Below are positions 10,701 to 19,986 of a stretch of DNA of 64,000 bases, one piece after another. The stretch spans positions 192,001-256,000 of the forward strand of contig CP186953.1 of the NCBI GenBank assembly GCA_049570475.1, in the 5' to 3' direction. Position numbers and translations under genes: made by a program. Position 1 is the stretch's first letter, and every line of letters begins with the position of its first letter. The notes below the pieces were generated by a model that made no database searches, was not told the origin of the DNA, and was given only the letters and a program-made list of their open reading frames with translations. Source of the DNA: Candidatus Methanosuratincola verstraetei. GTDB lineage: Archaea; Thermoproteota; Methanomethylicia; Methanomethylicales; Methanomethylicaceae.

Positions 10701-11147
10701 TCACTTCTTCGAGCGCTTTTCGGCAAGCTTCAGGATCCCCTGCACCACCCCATTAATTATTGCTTCAGGCTTTGGGGCGCACCCTGGCACATATACATCA
10801 ACAGGTATCAGCAAGTCAGGGTGCCCGAGTATTGCATAATTCTCTGGAGCGTCATCGTAGAAGAGGCTGCCGCCGCAGGCACAGCTTCCGACCGCGACCA
10901 CAACCTTCGGCGCCGGGACCTGTTCGTATATCCGCTTTACCATCGGGATGAACTGCTTCGGTACGCATCCCGTCGTCAGCAGTATGTCGGCATGCCTGGG
11001 GGACGGCACGAGCTGGATCCCGAAGCGCTCGACATCGAACCGAGGGGCCAGCGCAGCCAAGGTCTCTATGTCGCATCCGTTGCAGCCGCCGCAGTGCAGG
11101 TGGTAGAGCCAGGGCGAGTATATCCGAGCCTTGTCCATTATCCCCAT
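10701..11147 (-). CDS. Group 4 [NiFe]-hydrogenase small subunit (NuoB/HycG-like)
   Basis: CGGCNGCDIE, SPRHAD, AVGSCACGG, VDVYVPGCAPKPE. Confidence 0.95.
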   Translation of the reverse strand: MGIMDKARIYSPWLYHLHCGGCNGCDIETLAALAPRFDVERFGIQLVPSPRHADILLTTGCVPKQFIPMVKRIYEQVPAPKVVVAVGSCACGGSLFYDDAPENYAILGHPDLLIPVDVYVPGCAPKPEAIINGVVQGILKLAEKRSKK

Positions 11148-11734
11148 CAGACTCCCTCCAGCCAGACGTACTTCTTCGTATGGGTGTCTAAATCGACACC
11201 ATAAGCCCTCCTGCAGTCAGGGCAGTATCCGTCAAGTTTCTTGTAGTCGTTCGAAACGGTCTCCTTAACGATCGGGTCGATCTTCTCCATCAACCTCTCA
11301 TAAGTCCTGTCCACGAGCTTCCTTGTCACATACGGGGTGCCGCAGTTCTTGCACTTGAGGAGGTCGAGCTCGGTGAGGACCCGCGCCGCAGGATCCTCCC
11401 GGTTGGGGACTGCTATCTCGAACTTGTTAGTCATCTTTATCGCCTCCTCGGGGCAGGCCTCCTGGCAATGGGCACAGAAGGTGCACCTGAAGAGGAAGAT
11501 CTCAACTGTCCGCTTTTCGCCTTTGTCGTATATGCTGGTAGCCCTCCCGGAGCAGACGAAGTAGCAGGCCCTGCAGCCGATGCACTTGTCTTTGTCCCGC
11601 TCAGGTATGCCACGGAGCCCTTCAGGTATCTGGCTATACCGCCTGTCAGGGGCTACCCCAGACGGGTATGTCAGGGTCATCGGTTTGCTGTACTTCGACA
11701 GAACCTGTTTGAGGATCTTAATTTCAGTAGACAT
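11147..11734 (-). CDS. Hydrogenase 2x[4Fe-4S] subunit (NuoI/HycF-like) with extra CxxC pairs
   Basis: CIGCRACYFVC, CTFCAHCQEACP, CKNC...CPDC. Confidence 0.9.
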   Translation of the reverse strand: MSTEIKILKQVLSKYSKPMTLTYPSGVAPDRRYSQIPEGLRGIPERDKDKCIGCRACYFVCSGRATSIYDKGEKRTVEIFLFRCTFCAHCQEACPEEAIKMTNKFEIAVPNREDPAARVLTELDLLKCKNCGTPYVTRKLVDRTYERLMEKIDPIVKETVSNDYKKLDGYCPDCRRAYGVDLDTHTKKYVWLEGV

Positions 11735-11735
11735 T

Positions 11736-12710
11736 TCACACCACCAACCATATCGCCAGAGCGATAATGAAATTCAGCATCCCCAGCGGGATCGCCACTT
11801 TGAGATACCAGTTTATCGCGTTCCTGATCCTGTATCTCGGGTTCAAGACCTGGACCGAAGTGAGCAGGAAGACCAGCACCACAGCCGCCACGATATACAG
11901 CGGAAGCCAGAGCACGTCGGTGGCAATCGGCGGGAGGAAGAGTGAGATGAAGAGCGCCACAAGCCCGTAGAGAAGGAATACCTTGGTCAAATAGTAAGTC
12001 CCCAAAAGCTTCCCCGAGTACTCGGTGTATGGCCCCGCAACTATCTCCGCCTCTGCCTCGGGCATATCGAAGGGCTTTATGTGCAGCTTCCCCAGCATGG
12101 CTACAAACATCAGAGCGCCCGCAGTCACTGTGAGCAGCGCCAGGTACAATGACTGACCTCCTGATGAGATCTCCCATATGACAAGCGACTGCCTGGCAAT
12201 GGCAACTGCGAAGAGGCTCAGCACGAATCCGAGCTCAGAAACGAGGAAGAGCTCGACCTCTCTCCTCGCGCCTATTGCTGCCCATGGCGATCCGCTCGCG
12301 ACGGGCCCGAGGATTGTGAAGAGTATCGATGCGATAAGCAAGTATGACGCGATTATCAGGCTATATGGAACCCAGGAGAGCAGCGGCATCCCAGGGAACG
12401 GGATGAAGAATATTGCGGCAACCGCAAAGAACAGGGACAGGAACGGGGAGTAGACGAAGAGTCGCCTTCTCGAAACATCAGGGACTATCGTCTCCTTGCC
12501 GTACAGCTTCAGGATGTCATAGAGCGGCTGCAGCAACCTGGTCGTCCCAAGCAGAGGCTTCAGGTCGCCGTACATCCTCAGCATCGGCCCTACCCGCCAC
12601 TGGAACCTTGCAGAGAGCTTCCTCAACAAGTAGGAGTATATGACTCCCAAGAATAGAGCCAAGGGCACTATAACAATCAAACTGATCACTGTAAAGATCA
12701 AATCTACCAT
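11736..12710 (-). CDS. Hydrogenase membrane subunit (NuoH/HycD-like)
   Basis: RKLSARFQWRVGP, QPLYDILKL, PFDMPEAEAEIVAGPYTEYSG. Confidence 0.93.
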   Translation of the reverse strand: MVDLIFTVISLIVIVPLALFLGVIYSYLLRKLSARFQWRVGPMLRMYGDLKPLLGTTRLLQPLYDILKLYGKETIVPDVSRRRLFVYSPFLSLFFAVAAIFFIPFPGMPLLSWVPYSLIIASYLLIASILFTILGPVASGSPWAAIGARREVELFLVSELGFVLSLFAVAIARQSLVIWEISSGGQSLYLALLTVTAGALMFVAMLGKLHIKPFDMPEAEAEIVAGPYTEYSGKLLGTYYLTKVFLLYGLVALFISLFLPPIATDVLWLPLYIVAAVVLVFLLTSVQVLNPRYRIRNAINWYLKVAIPLGMLNFIIALAIWLVV

Positions 12711-14413
12711 CTGCTCGCCCTCCTGCTCAAGTTTACTAGCTGATCCCATGTCAGGATCTTCCTGCCACCATCCCTATTGTCAATTACCTCTAACCTGTCG
12801 GTGCATGCGAGGCACTGGTCAGTGCTGCCCATCACCACCGGGACGTCCGCCAGGTTCGATCCGACGAGCATCAAGGGGATAATTGCATTGTTCCTGTAGC
12901 TGGGCGTCCTTATCCTCACAGTGTGCGGCAAACTCGAGTCTTTGTCGGATGCCCTGATGTAGTAAGCGAGCTCCCCTCTGGGCGCCTCGTTGAGTCCTAC
13001 AGCCTCAGCCCCCAGCGGGACTGTCTTTGGCTTGATCCTTATGTCGCCAGTTGTCTTGGCCAAATACTCCAAGCACTGGGAAACGATACTGCAGGAGACG
13101 AGCAGCTCCTTGACCCTGACTAGCGTCCTCCCGAATGTGTCACAGTGGTCATCTGTGATGACCTCCCAAGAGATCACCTTCGGGTCGTAGATTGCGTGGG
13201 GCGGATTGTCTATCCGGACGTCGATCTTCCAGTCGCTAGCCCTTGCCACAGGACCGACTGCGCCCCCGTCGTAAGCCTGCGCCCTCGTGAGCGGGCCTAC
13301 TCCGATGAGCCTCGACTTCACGACCGGGTGATCTGCTACTAGCAACAGCAACTTTGCGCACTCTTCCCGCAGCGCGTCGACCGTCCTCTTCGCCTTCTCG
13401 GCAAGCTCCTGCGGAACATCCCTGCTGACCCCGCCCATCCTCCAAATGCCATAGTTGACCCTGTTCCCTGTAATGGCTTCAATTATGTCCATTACGCGCT
13501 CCCTGAGACCCCAAGTCAGCATGAAACCAGTTTTCCACCCGATCACATCCGCAACCACGCCGACCCAGAGGAGGTGGCTGTGCATCCTGTTGAGCTCCGC
13601 GAGCAGGGTCCTTATGTATAGCGCCCTCTCAGGGACCTCTGACTCATAGAGGTTCTCTGCGCATGTGATATAAGCAAGCCCATGGGCTGCCGAGCAGATC
13701 CCGCATACCCTCTCGGCAAGGAACGCGCCCTTGTTGTAGCCCCTCCGCTCTATGAGCTTCATTATTCCGCGGTGGTGGAACCCAGTCTTTATGTCTGCAG
13801 CGACGACCTGCTCCCCCTCGACCTTTACGTAGACGATCTGGCCCTCGATGACGCCTGGGTGGTACGGGCCGATCGGTATTAGCGTCTGGTAGGCCTCCTC
13901 GATAGGCATCCTCAGCGGCAGGTACATCTCCTTGGCCGTCGTGGAGCCATCGAATTTGTACCCCTCGGGGATCGATCCGCTCTCAACAGGGTTTGGCCAC
14001 TCGTGGGGCAGGAACTGGTGCCGCGGGTCGGGCATCCCGGACGGCTTGACCCCCAGCAGCTCTTTCATTTCCCTCTCTGCCCAAGTCGCCTGCCAAGTGA
14101 TGTTTGCAATCGAAGGGAATTCAGGGCTGTCCTTGTCGACAATTGCCTTGACGATTACAACGAGCCTGTCCTTAAACTTGGAGAAGTCATAAATGTGCAG
14201 GATCTCGAAGCCCTTCAGCTCCAGATCGACTGCTGTTGCATGAATGAGCCTCGCCTCGAATTTTTTCACGAAGAGCTCCGCTACCTTTGTGAGATCGCCG
14301 GGGGCAACCTTAACAATCACCCGGTTCTCCCTGAGCGGAACGTATTCTAGGCCATCAGGGTATATCTCCTTCTTTACGTACTCAGCAACATCAGGAGCGG
14401 TCTCGAATTTCAA
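12704..14413 (-). CDS. Group 4 [NiFe]-hydrogenase large subunit, NuoC-NuoD fusion (HycE-like)
   Basis: WAEREMKELLG NuoC part; IGPYHP, HHRGIMK, ERVCGICSAAH (L1), EAPRGE, DQCLACTDR (L2). Confidence 0.93.
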   Translation of the reverse strand: MKFETAPDVAEYVKKEIYPDGLEYVPLRENRVIVKVAPGDLTKVAELFVKKFEARLIHATAVDLELKGFEILHIYDFSKFKDRLVVIVKAIVDKDSPEFPSIANITWQATWAEREMKELLGVKPSGMPDPRHQFLPHEWPNPVESGSIPEGYKFDGSTTAKEMYLPLRMPIEEAYQTLIPIGPYHPGVIEGQIVYVKVEGEQVVAADIKTGFHHRGIMKLIERRGYNKGAFLAERVCGICSAAHGLAYITCAENLYESEVPERALYIRTLLAELNRMHSHLLWVGVVADVIGWKTGFMLTWGLRERVMDIIEAITGNRVNYGIWRMGGVSRDVPQELAEKAKRTVDALREECAKLLLLVADHPVVKSRLIGVGPLTRAQAYDGGAVGPVARASDWKIDVRIDNPPHAIYDPKVISWEVITDDHCDTFGRTLVRVKELLVSCSIVSQCLEYLAKTTGDIRIKPKTVPLGAEAVGLNEAPRGELAYYIRASDKDSSLPHTVRIRTPSYRNNAIIPLMLVGSNLADVPVVMGSTDQCLACTDRLEVIDNRDGGRKILTWDQLVNLSRRASRW

Positions 14414-15313
14414 TTATTTCCCCTCCTTGAGTTTCTGTATGAGCTTAGTCGGCGGTATGGGACGGCAGTACATCATGCCAAAGTCCTCCGGCTTGTACCC
14501 GAATGAGAGGGCGAGGAGCTCTGAGAAGTGCACGATCGGGGTTTCAAAGGCAATGCCCTTCTCATCTTTGTAGACTTTCACAGCCCTCTCGAATTGGTCA
14601 TAGCACCCTGAGCAGATGAGCGCATAAGCATCTATGTCCAATTCCTTTGCGGTCTGCATCTTCACGCCTATCCTTTCGAATATCGAGGTCTTCGGATCTG
14701 CGAAATACAACAGAAGCCCGCAGCAGGTCTTGTCGTAGGGCGTGTCGACTATTGTGGCGCCCGTTGCGCGCATTATCTCATCGAAGTACATTGGGAACCG
14801 CTCGTCGTGCTTCCTCGCGTGGCAGCCTATGTGACGCATTATCCTTATGTTGAGCGGCTTGACCACGTTTGCCTTTATCTTTTCGATCCCGACATCCTCG
14901 TAAAGCACCTGGAGGAAGTGCTTCACATCCGTGCTGAGTGTGACCTGCAGCCCCGCCTTCTCCAGGTTCCTGTTGACCATCTCAAGCTTCTCTGGATCTT
15001 CTTTGAGCTCCTGGAGGCACTCCCAATGCGATATGTAGCAACCGTTGCACGAATCAACTATAACTATATTCTGCTTCTCAGCCGTTGCCAGGTTCTGGCT
15101 CGTCAGCGTCAGCCACCAGTCGGGGTTAATCGCCTTCCATACCCCAGGGCGCACGCAGCAGACGCTCTCCTTCATGTAATCAAAATCGAGCCCGAGATGC
15201 TTCGAAACCAAGAAGGTTGCCTTTTCCGCCCAAGGCATTTTAGCGGGCATCACGCAGCCCAAGAAATAGCCGTACTTAGTTCCAGTTGAACCCGATGACA
15301 CTTTTGTTCCCAT
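14414..15313 (-). CDS. hdrB: Heterodisulfide reductase subunit B-like CCG-domain protein
   Basis: YFLGC, VCCVRPG, SCNGCY, HIGCH, TCCG, ICSGCYDQFE, PIVHFSELLAL. Confidence 0.88.
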   Translation of the reverse strand: MGTKVSSGSTGTKYGYFLGCVMPAKMPWAEKATFLVSKHLGLDFDYMKESVCCVRPGVWKAINPDWWLTLTSQNLATAEKQNIVIVDSCNGCYISHWECLQELKEDPEKLEMVNRNLEKAGLQVTLSTDVKHFLQVLYEDVGIEKIKANVVKPLNIRIMRHIGCHARKHDERFPMYFDEIMRATGATIVDTPYDKTCCGLLLYFADPKTSIFERIGVKMQTAKELDIDAYALICSGCYDQFERAVKVYKDEKGIAFETPIVHFSELLALSFGYKPEDFGMMYCRPIPPTKLIQKLKEGK

Positions 15314-15324
15314 TTGTTTCCACC

Positions 15325-15681
15325 TCAATATTTGAAGTAGCCCTTCTTCTTGTCGAAGCCGAGCTCTTTCATTATCCCTGACTCCTCCAAGATCTTACGC
15401 TTCCTCTCCAAAGCTTCCTTGAAGGTATGGGCGGTCGGAGGCTTCTTCTCCAGCCCGCAGAGTGCCCGGTCCTGCTCGACATCATCCCCAACATAATAGA
15501 CCAAGCCCACTTCGAAGTCCCTCTTCAAGGAGGCTTTTGCGATGTTTGGCGCCGCAGGCCTGAATTGCTTCCTGAGGGGGTACATCTTTGCCTCTTCGTC
15601 CTGATTGTGCTCGGTTGCCTTCAGCCCAGCCTCGAGCAACTTCTCCCAGCTCTTTATCCGATCAGAATCGCCAGACATCAT
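15325..15681 (-). CDS. HdrC C-terminus-like protein without Fe-S motifs
   Basis: GLEKKPPTAHTFKEALERKRKILEESGIMKELG resembles the HdrC tail; directly upstream of hdrB; only one Cys. Confidence 0.6.
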   Translation of the reverse strand: MMSGDSDRIKSWEKLLEAGLKATEHNQDEEAKMYPLRKQFRPAAPNIAKASLKRDFEVGLVYYVGDDVEQDRALCGLEKKPPTAHTFKEALERKRKILEESGIMKELGFDKKKGYFKY

Positions 15682-16208
15682 TTGCCACCCCTCAATTTTT
15701 TGACATATTCAAATGCCTCCTTCCTCGGAAGCAGCCTCAGCGCATTCGAGCTGCACATCTGGACGCACATGGGCCATTCCCCATCGCAGAAGTCGCACTT
15801 GACATAGACTTTCCGCTCCTCGTCAAGCCTCGGTATCCCAATCGGGCAGGCTTGGTTGCATGTCCCGCACCCGACGCAGAGCAACGGCGATATTCGGACT
15901 ATCCCCTTCTCATCCTTGTAAATGGCTTCCTTCGGGCATGAGGCGAGGCACATTGGGAAGACGCAATGCGAACAGTTTGCGTTCACATACCGGCCCTTGT
16001 TGATCGGGTCCTCGTAGACGTAGAGCAGTCCGAACCGCCTGTCAAACGTCCTGAAGTGCTTGTATGCGCAACCGATCATGCACTGCCCGCATCCCGTGCA
16101 CTTGGTCTGATCATGGATGATCACGAGATCCGTGACCTTCTCTTTAGTGCCCGGGACGGGAATTGGTTCCTTAAGCTTCTTTTGTGGAGCCACTATGTAT
16201 GACATCAT
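15678..16208 (-). CDS. 4x[4Fe-4S] electron-transfer protein (DmsB/CooF/HycB-like)
   Basis: CTGCGQCMIGC, CSHCVFPMCLASCP, CVGCGTCNQACP, KCDFCDGEWPMCVQMC. Confidence 0.9.
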   Translation of the reverse strand: MMSYIVAPQKKLKEPIPVPGTKEKVTDLVIIHDQTKCTGCGQCMIGCAYKHFRTFDRRFGLLYVYEDPINKGRYVNANCSHCVFPMCLASCPKEAIYKDEKGIVRISPLLCVGCGTCNQACPIGIPRLDEERKVYVKCDFCDGEWPMCVQMCSSNALRLLPRKEAFEYVKKLRGGK

Positions 16209-17761
16209 GCAACACCTACCCACGGCTCTGAAATTGTCTTAGCAGCCACGCTGAACCACTCCTCGAACTGGTGGTAGTATCCCTCAAGCGCGATCCCATT
16301 CGCACCCAAGAGCACTATGATGCCCAAGGCGACGATGCAGATTGCCAGCAGTACGCCAGGGATCCTGAGGATGGCGTGGCTATGGACTTTGTCAATGTAC
16401 TCAACCTTAGCCTTCGGCTTTCCTGCAACTATTGATCTGAGCGAGTACAGCGTGGTGAAGAAGATGAACAGCGCAGCCGTAAGTATAACCGCAGTAATCT
16501 CCATGCTGATGTGCCCCCGGGTAAACTCCAGGAAGGTGTTGTACCCCAGAGTGCCAGGTATAAGAGAGAGGGAGAAGCCCCCAATGAGGTATGTAAGACC
16601 GTTGACGCCCACCTTGCCACCCAGCCCTTTGAGGAGCGAGAGGTCTGCGGTCCGGCTGGTCTCTATTACGAAGCCGCTGTCGAAGAAGAGGAGGGCCTTG
16701 GCGAGGCCGTGGTTCAGGAAGTGCAGGAGTATGCCTGCGAAGAATAGGGGTGACAGGGCAGGCGCCATCAATGCAAGCCCTATCAATATGTAAAAGACCC
16801 CGACTTCGGAGGAGGTCGAGAAAGCCCAGATCCTCTTTATACCCCTTATATTGACCGGGCTCACATGGAACCTCGAGTACTTGCTCCCATAGGTTGCCTC
16901 TACCGCAGCCAGGACGGCGCCAACGATAACGCTCAGGGCGCCCAGCGCGACCAGTGATAGACCCAGCTCGTAGCTCGCGGGGGATATCACGCCAATTATC
17001 CTGCTGGCTGCGAACGCGGCTATCTGAACCATGACCCCGCTGAGTATTGCACTCACGGGGGTGGGGGCTTCGCTGTGAGCAGCAGGGAGCCAGAGCAGAC
17101 CAAAGGGAAAGATCCCGACTTTGATGCTGAAGCCAATCGCATACAGGGCAGAGAGCAGGACCAGATCGCCGTTAGCAACTCCAGAGAATGCAGACTGCTC
17201 CAGCATGAAGGTGCCAGTGAGCGAGTTTTGATAAAGAATGCCGACAAGTATCGTAACCGCGCCGATGACGCTCAGCACGAAGAACCTGACTGCAGCCTTG
17301 GTTGCGCTCCTCCGCTTTGTGAACAGTATCAGTACGCCGCCCGCAATTGTGCTCGCCTCAAACGCTACATAGATTATCAGTATATTGAAGGAGACTGCCA
17401 TAATAACAAGGGTCGCAATGAAGAAAGAGTAGAGCGCATAGAAGGGGGGTAAGATCTTTTCGTCCTCGAAATACCTGTAGCTATATATAGCGCCAAGGAA
17501 ACCCAAGGCAAGCGTAATTTCCACAATGAATGCCGATGCCGCGTTAAAAATTATGCCCTGGGTGTTCGGGTAGTACAGTGCCGCGCCCTCTTGGACGCCA
17601 ATCAAAAGCCAAGAGTTCAATGCCAGCGCAACCAAAAAGAACAGGCTGGCGGATGCGGCCAGAGCTTTGCCTTTCCTGAACACGAGAGGTGAAATTATGC
17701 CGCCCAGCACGATCAATATAGGGACGGCAATTGTCAAAACAGACTCTCCTGCTGCCGTCAT
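16205..17761 (-). CDS. Antiporter-like ion-translocating subunit (NuoL/M/N, MrpD-like)
   Basis: YVAFEAST, KVGIFPFGLLWLPAAHSEAPTPVSAILSG, NHGLAKALLF. Confidence 0.92.
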   Translation of the reverse strand: MTAAGESVLTIAVPILIVLGGIISPLVFRKGKALAASASLFFLVALALNSWLLIGVQEGAALYYPNTQGIIFNAASAFIVEITLALGFLGAIYSYRYFEDEKILPPFYALYSFFIATLVIMAVSFNILIIYVAFEASTIAGGVLILFTKRRSATKAAVRFFVLSVIGAVTILVGILYQNSLTGTFMLEQSAFSGVANGDLVLLSALYAIGFSIKVGIFPFGLLWLPAAHSEAPTPVSAILSGVMVQIAAFAASRIIGVISPASYELGLSLVALGALSVIVGAVLAAVEATYGSKYSRFHVSPVNIRGIKRIWAFSTSSEVGVFYILIGLALMAPALSPLFFAGILLHFLNHGLAKALLFFDSGFVIETSRTADLSLLKGLGGKVGVNGLTYLIGGFSLSLIPGTLGYNTFLEFTRGHISMEITAVILTAALFIFFTTLYSLRSIVAGKPKAKVEYIDKVHSHAILRIPGVLLAICIVALGIIVLLGANGIALEGYYHQFEEWFSVAAKTISEPWVGVA

Positions 17762-18099
17762 GCCTTCTCCACCTTCATTTTTGATTTGTCGTAATACTCA
17801 TCCCAATTTGTATCGTAAGGTACATTCAGAAGCGGTACATTAGGCCTGTAGACGCTCGAATCGCTGACATAAGGTTCTTTTGCCAAGCCGCAATAGAACA
17901 GTGAGCCTGCCTTTATACGATCCGGGAAATAGGCAGGTATGAAACTCAAGAGAAGGATGAAAAACATTGAGACTGAAGTGATTTCTACAAAAGCCAACAA
18001 CAAAATGAAATTAAAGGCTATGGAGGCGGCGATACAACCAGCTATGCCTATAATCATGAAGGCTAAGGCAACAAGCAAAGAAACTTTTTCTGAGGGCAT
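17758..18099 (-). CDS. Small membrane protein, first gene of the hydrogenase operon
   Basis: Two TM helices including FNFILLLAFVEITS; 4-bp overlap with next gene; ATG at 18099. Confidence 0.7.
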   Translation of the reverse strand: MPSEKVSLLVALAFMIIGIAGCIAASIAFNFILLLAFVEITSVSMFFILLLSFIPAYFPDRIKAGSLFYCGLAKEPYVSDSSVYRPNVPLLNVPYDTNWDEYYDKSKMKVEKA

Positions 18100-18202
18100 C
18101 GGCCCACGGCTACCTTTTTGCACACCAGACCCCCCAAATCAACCATGGCAGAATTTAACATTCACAATAACCATTAGGAAGGTCGCCTATATAAATACAC
18201 CT

Positions 18203-18212
18203 AAAGTGTACA
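18203..18212 (-). promoter_or_regulatory. Putative operator TGTACACTTT (site 1)
   Basis: Identical 10-mer at 18413-18422 and 26677-26686; lies beside TATATAAATA. Confidence 0.5.
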
Positions 18213-18370
18213 CAGCATTACAAGATTATATTATGTGTTTATTAAATTTCTTTTATTAGAGCTTTATGAAAAGCTGGATTTTTTTGACCAGATCTGGTGC
18301 AACTTGGTAAAATTTCAAAATACGTAAAGCCTGAAATGGACGGAAACCATAACACACCTTGTTCTAATTT

Positions 18371-18391
18371 ATGGATGGATTATCCATCCAT
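18371..18391. promoter_or_regulatory. Palindromic operator ATGGATGGAT-T-ATCCATCCAT
   Basis: Perfect 10-bp inverted repeat; near-identical copies at 31720-31740 and 32872-32892. Confidence 0.7.
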
Positions 18392-18404
18392 TAATTTTTT
18401 CAAC

Positions 18405-18422
18405 TGTATTAAAAAGTGTACA
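18405..18422 (-). promoter_or_regulatory. Putative operator TGTACACTTT-N4-TACA (site 2)
   Basis: TGTA-N10-TACA dyad containing the shared 10-mer. Confidence 0.5.
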
Positions 18423-18586
18423 ACTAAATTTAATATTTTTGAACAAAAAACATGAGATTTTTATATTTTAAACTTAATATAACATAGTTATTTGCTCAAT
18501 AAATTAAGCAACGATGATGCTCTACCTAATAAAAATAAGAACAGCGCTTAATAACAATCTCTGTTGAATATATAGTGGGGAATAAT

Positions 18587-19975
18587 ATGGGAGTTAGAAG
18601 ATATACTAAAATGGCATACAAGGATCCCGACGACATGGTCTTTGGCCATGCCAAGTTCCCAGTGCTAGAGCACTGGAACGTGCAGTTCGGCGCAGGCTAC
18701 GTGGTACCAGAGGTCAAGGTCGCTCCCGAGGCAGGAACGGAGCGCAGCAAGGATACTCTAGTGAAAGAAATGGCTTCTATTGCAGAACAAGCAGCAGCAA
18801 GGGCGGTCGACATTGGTCTACCGGCATTTATGCTTGAGCAGGAGCATGTCTTCCAGCAGACATACCACCCCGACTGGGGTTATGCGTGCACACTTGCGCA
18901 GGCAGAGGTTCTCAAGAAATACTATGACGAATACGGCGTCAGGGCGTGCCTGAGGCAGACAGTCGGAGACCTGAGGATTGAGGAGAAAGGAGGCCTAAGG
19001 GGCTCCGAGTATGACAACAGGATCGCAGAGACAATCGAGGAGTGCTGCAAGGCAGGGGCTTCGGACATAGCGGCAGAGACCATGGGAGGAAAGTCGGTCC
19101 TTGACTATGGTGTGATGAGAGGAGACATTAAGGCAATCCTATTTGGGATTGGATACCTAGGCAGCGTAGACATGGAGTACTTCTGGACAAGGGCAGTAAA
19201 CATCTGCAGCAAGTATGACACAAGACCTGCGGGCGATACCAACTGCTCAGGAGCTAACACCTGCATGTACGTAGCAGGAGGCTTGCTGGGCAAGGATATG
19301 TCGCACACGGCTGCTGCGCTTGCCAGGGCGATCTCTGCAGCAAGGAGCCTGGTCGCTGTCGAATGCGGCGCGACAGGTCCGCTGAAGGACTGCGGATACG
19401 AGAACACCATAATAAAGGCGATAACAGGCGTCCCGATCTGCCAGGAAGGCAAGAACGCAGTCTGCGCGCATGCAGATGTCATGGGCAACCTAACCTGCCA
19501 GGTGGTGGACTGCTGGAGCAATGAGTCGGTCTTCCACAGGGAGGAGATGGGCGGACCTACACCAGCAGTATGGCTGCAGGCCACAGGCTACGAGGCTGCG
19601 CTGATGAACACTGCGATCCAGACGGGCAATGCAAAGACGCTCAGGGACCTGTACACGTTCACAGACATGTACAGAGACCCGCAGGGCACGCTGCTCGCAT
19701 ATCCTAACGCATTCAGGGTAGGAAAAGCAATAGTTGAGTATGGAAAGGACATCTACCTGAGGGCAAGGGCCGCTGCGCTCGAGGCTTCCAAGATCATGAT
19801 GGAAGCATATGAGGCCAAGCTACTTCAGCTGACGAGGTTCGAGCTCGACACGCTGAGGAAGTACACAAGCATCCTCGAGAGCCTCCCGATGGAAGCAGAG
19901 ATATTCGTTGACCAGTGCATGAGAGAATACCCAAGGAAGATACCGACATTTGACCCGAAGAGCTATGGATTGTGA
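18587..19975 (+). CDS. mtaB: Methanol:corrinoid methyltransferase
   Basis: RRYTKMAYKDPDDMVFGHAKFPV, ETMGGK, GDTNCSGANT, GATGPLKDCGYE, EGKNAVCAHADVMGNL, WSNESV, YRDPQG. Confidence 0.95.
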   Translation: MGVRRYTKMAYKDPDDMVFGHAKFPVLEHWNVQFGAGYVVPEVKVAPEAGTERSKDTLVKEMASIAEQAAARAVDIGLPAFMLEQEHVFQQTYHPDWGYACTLAQAEVLKKYYDEYGVRACLRQTVGDLRIEEKGGLRGSEYDNRIAETIEECCKAGASDIAAETMGGKSVLDYGVMRGDIKAILFGIGYLGSVDMEYFWTRAVNICSKYDTRPAGDTNCSGANTCMYVAGGLLGKDMSHTAAALARAISAARSLVAVECGATGPLKDCGYENTIIKAITGVPICQEGKNAVCAHADVMGNLTCQVVDCWSNESVFHREEMGGPTPAVWLQATGYEAALMNTAIQTGNAKTLRDLYTFTDMYRDPQGTLLAYPNAFRVGKAIVEYGKDIYLRARAAALEASKIMMEAYEAKLLQLTRFELDTLRKYTSILESLPMEAEIFVDQCMREYPRKIPTFDPKSYGL

Positions 19976-19986
19976 GGTGTTGCAAA

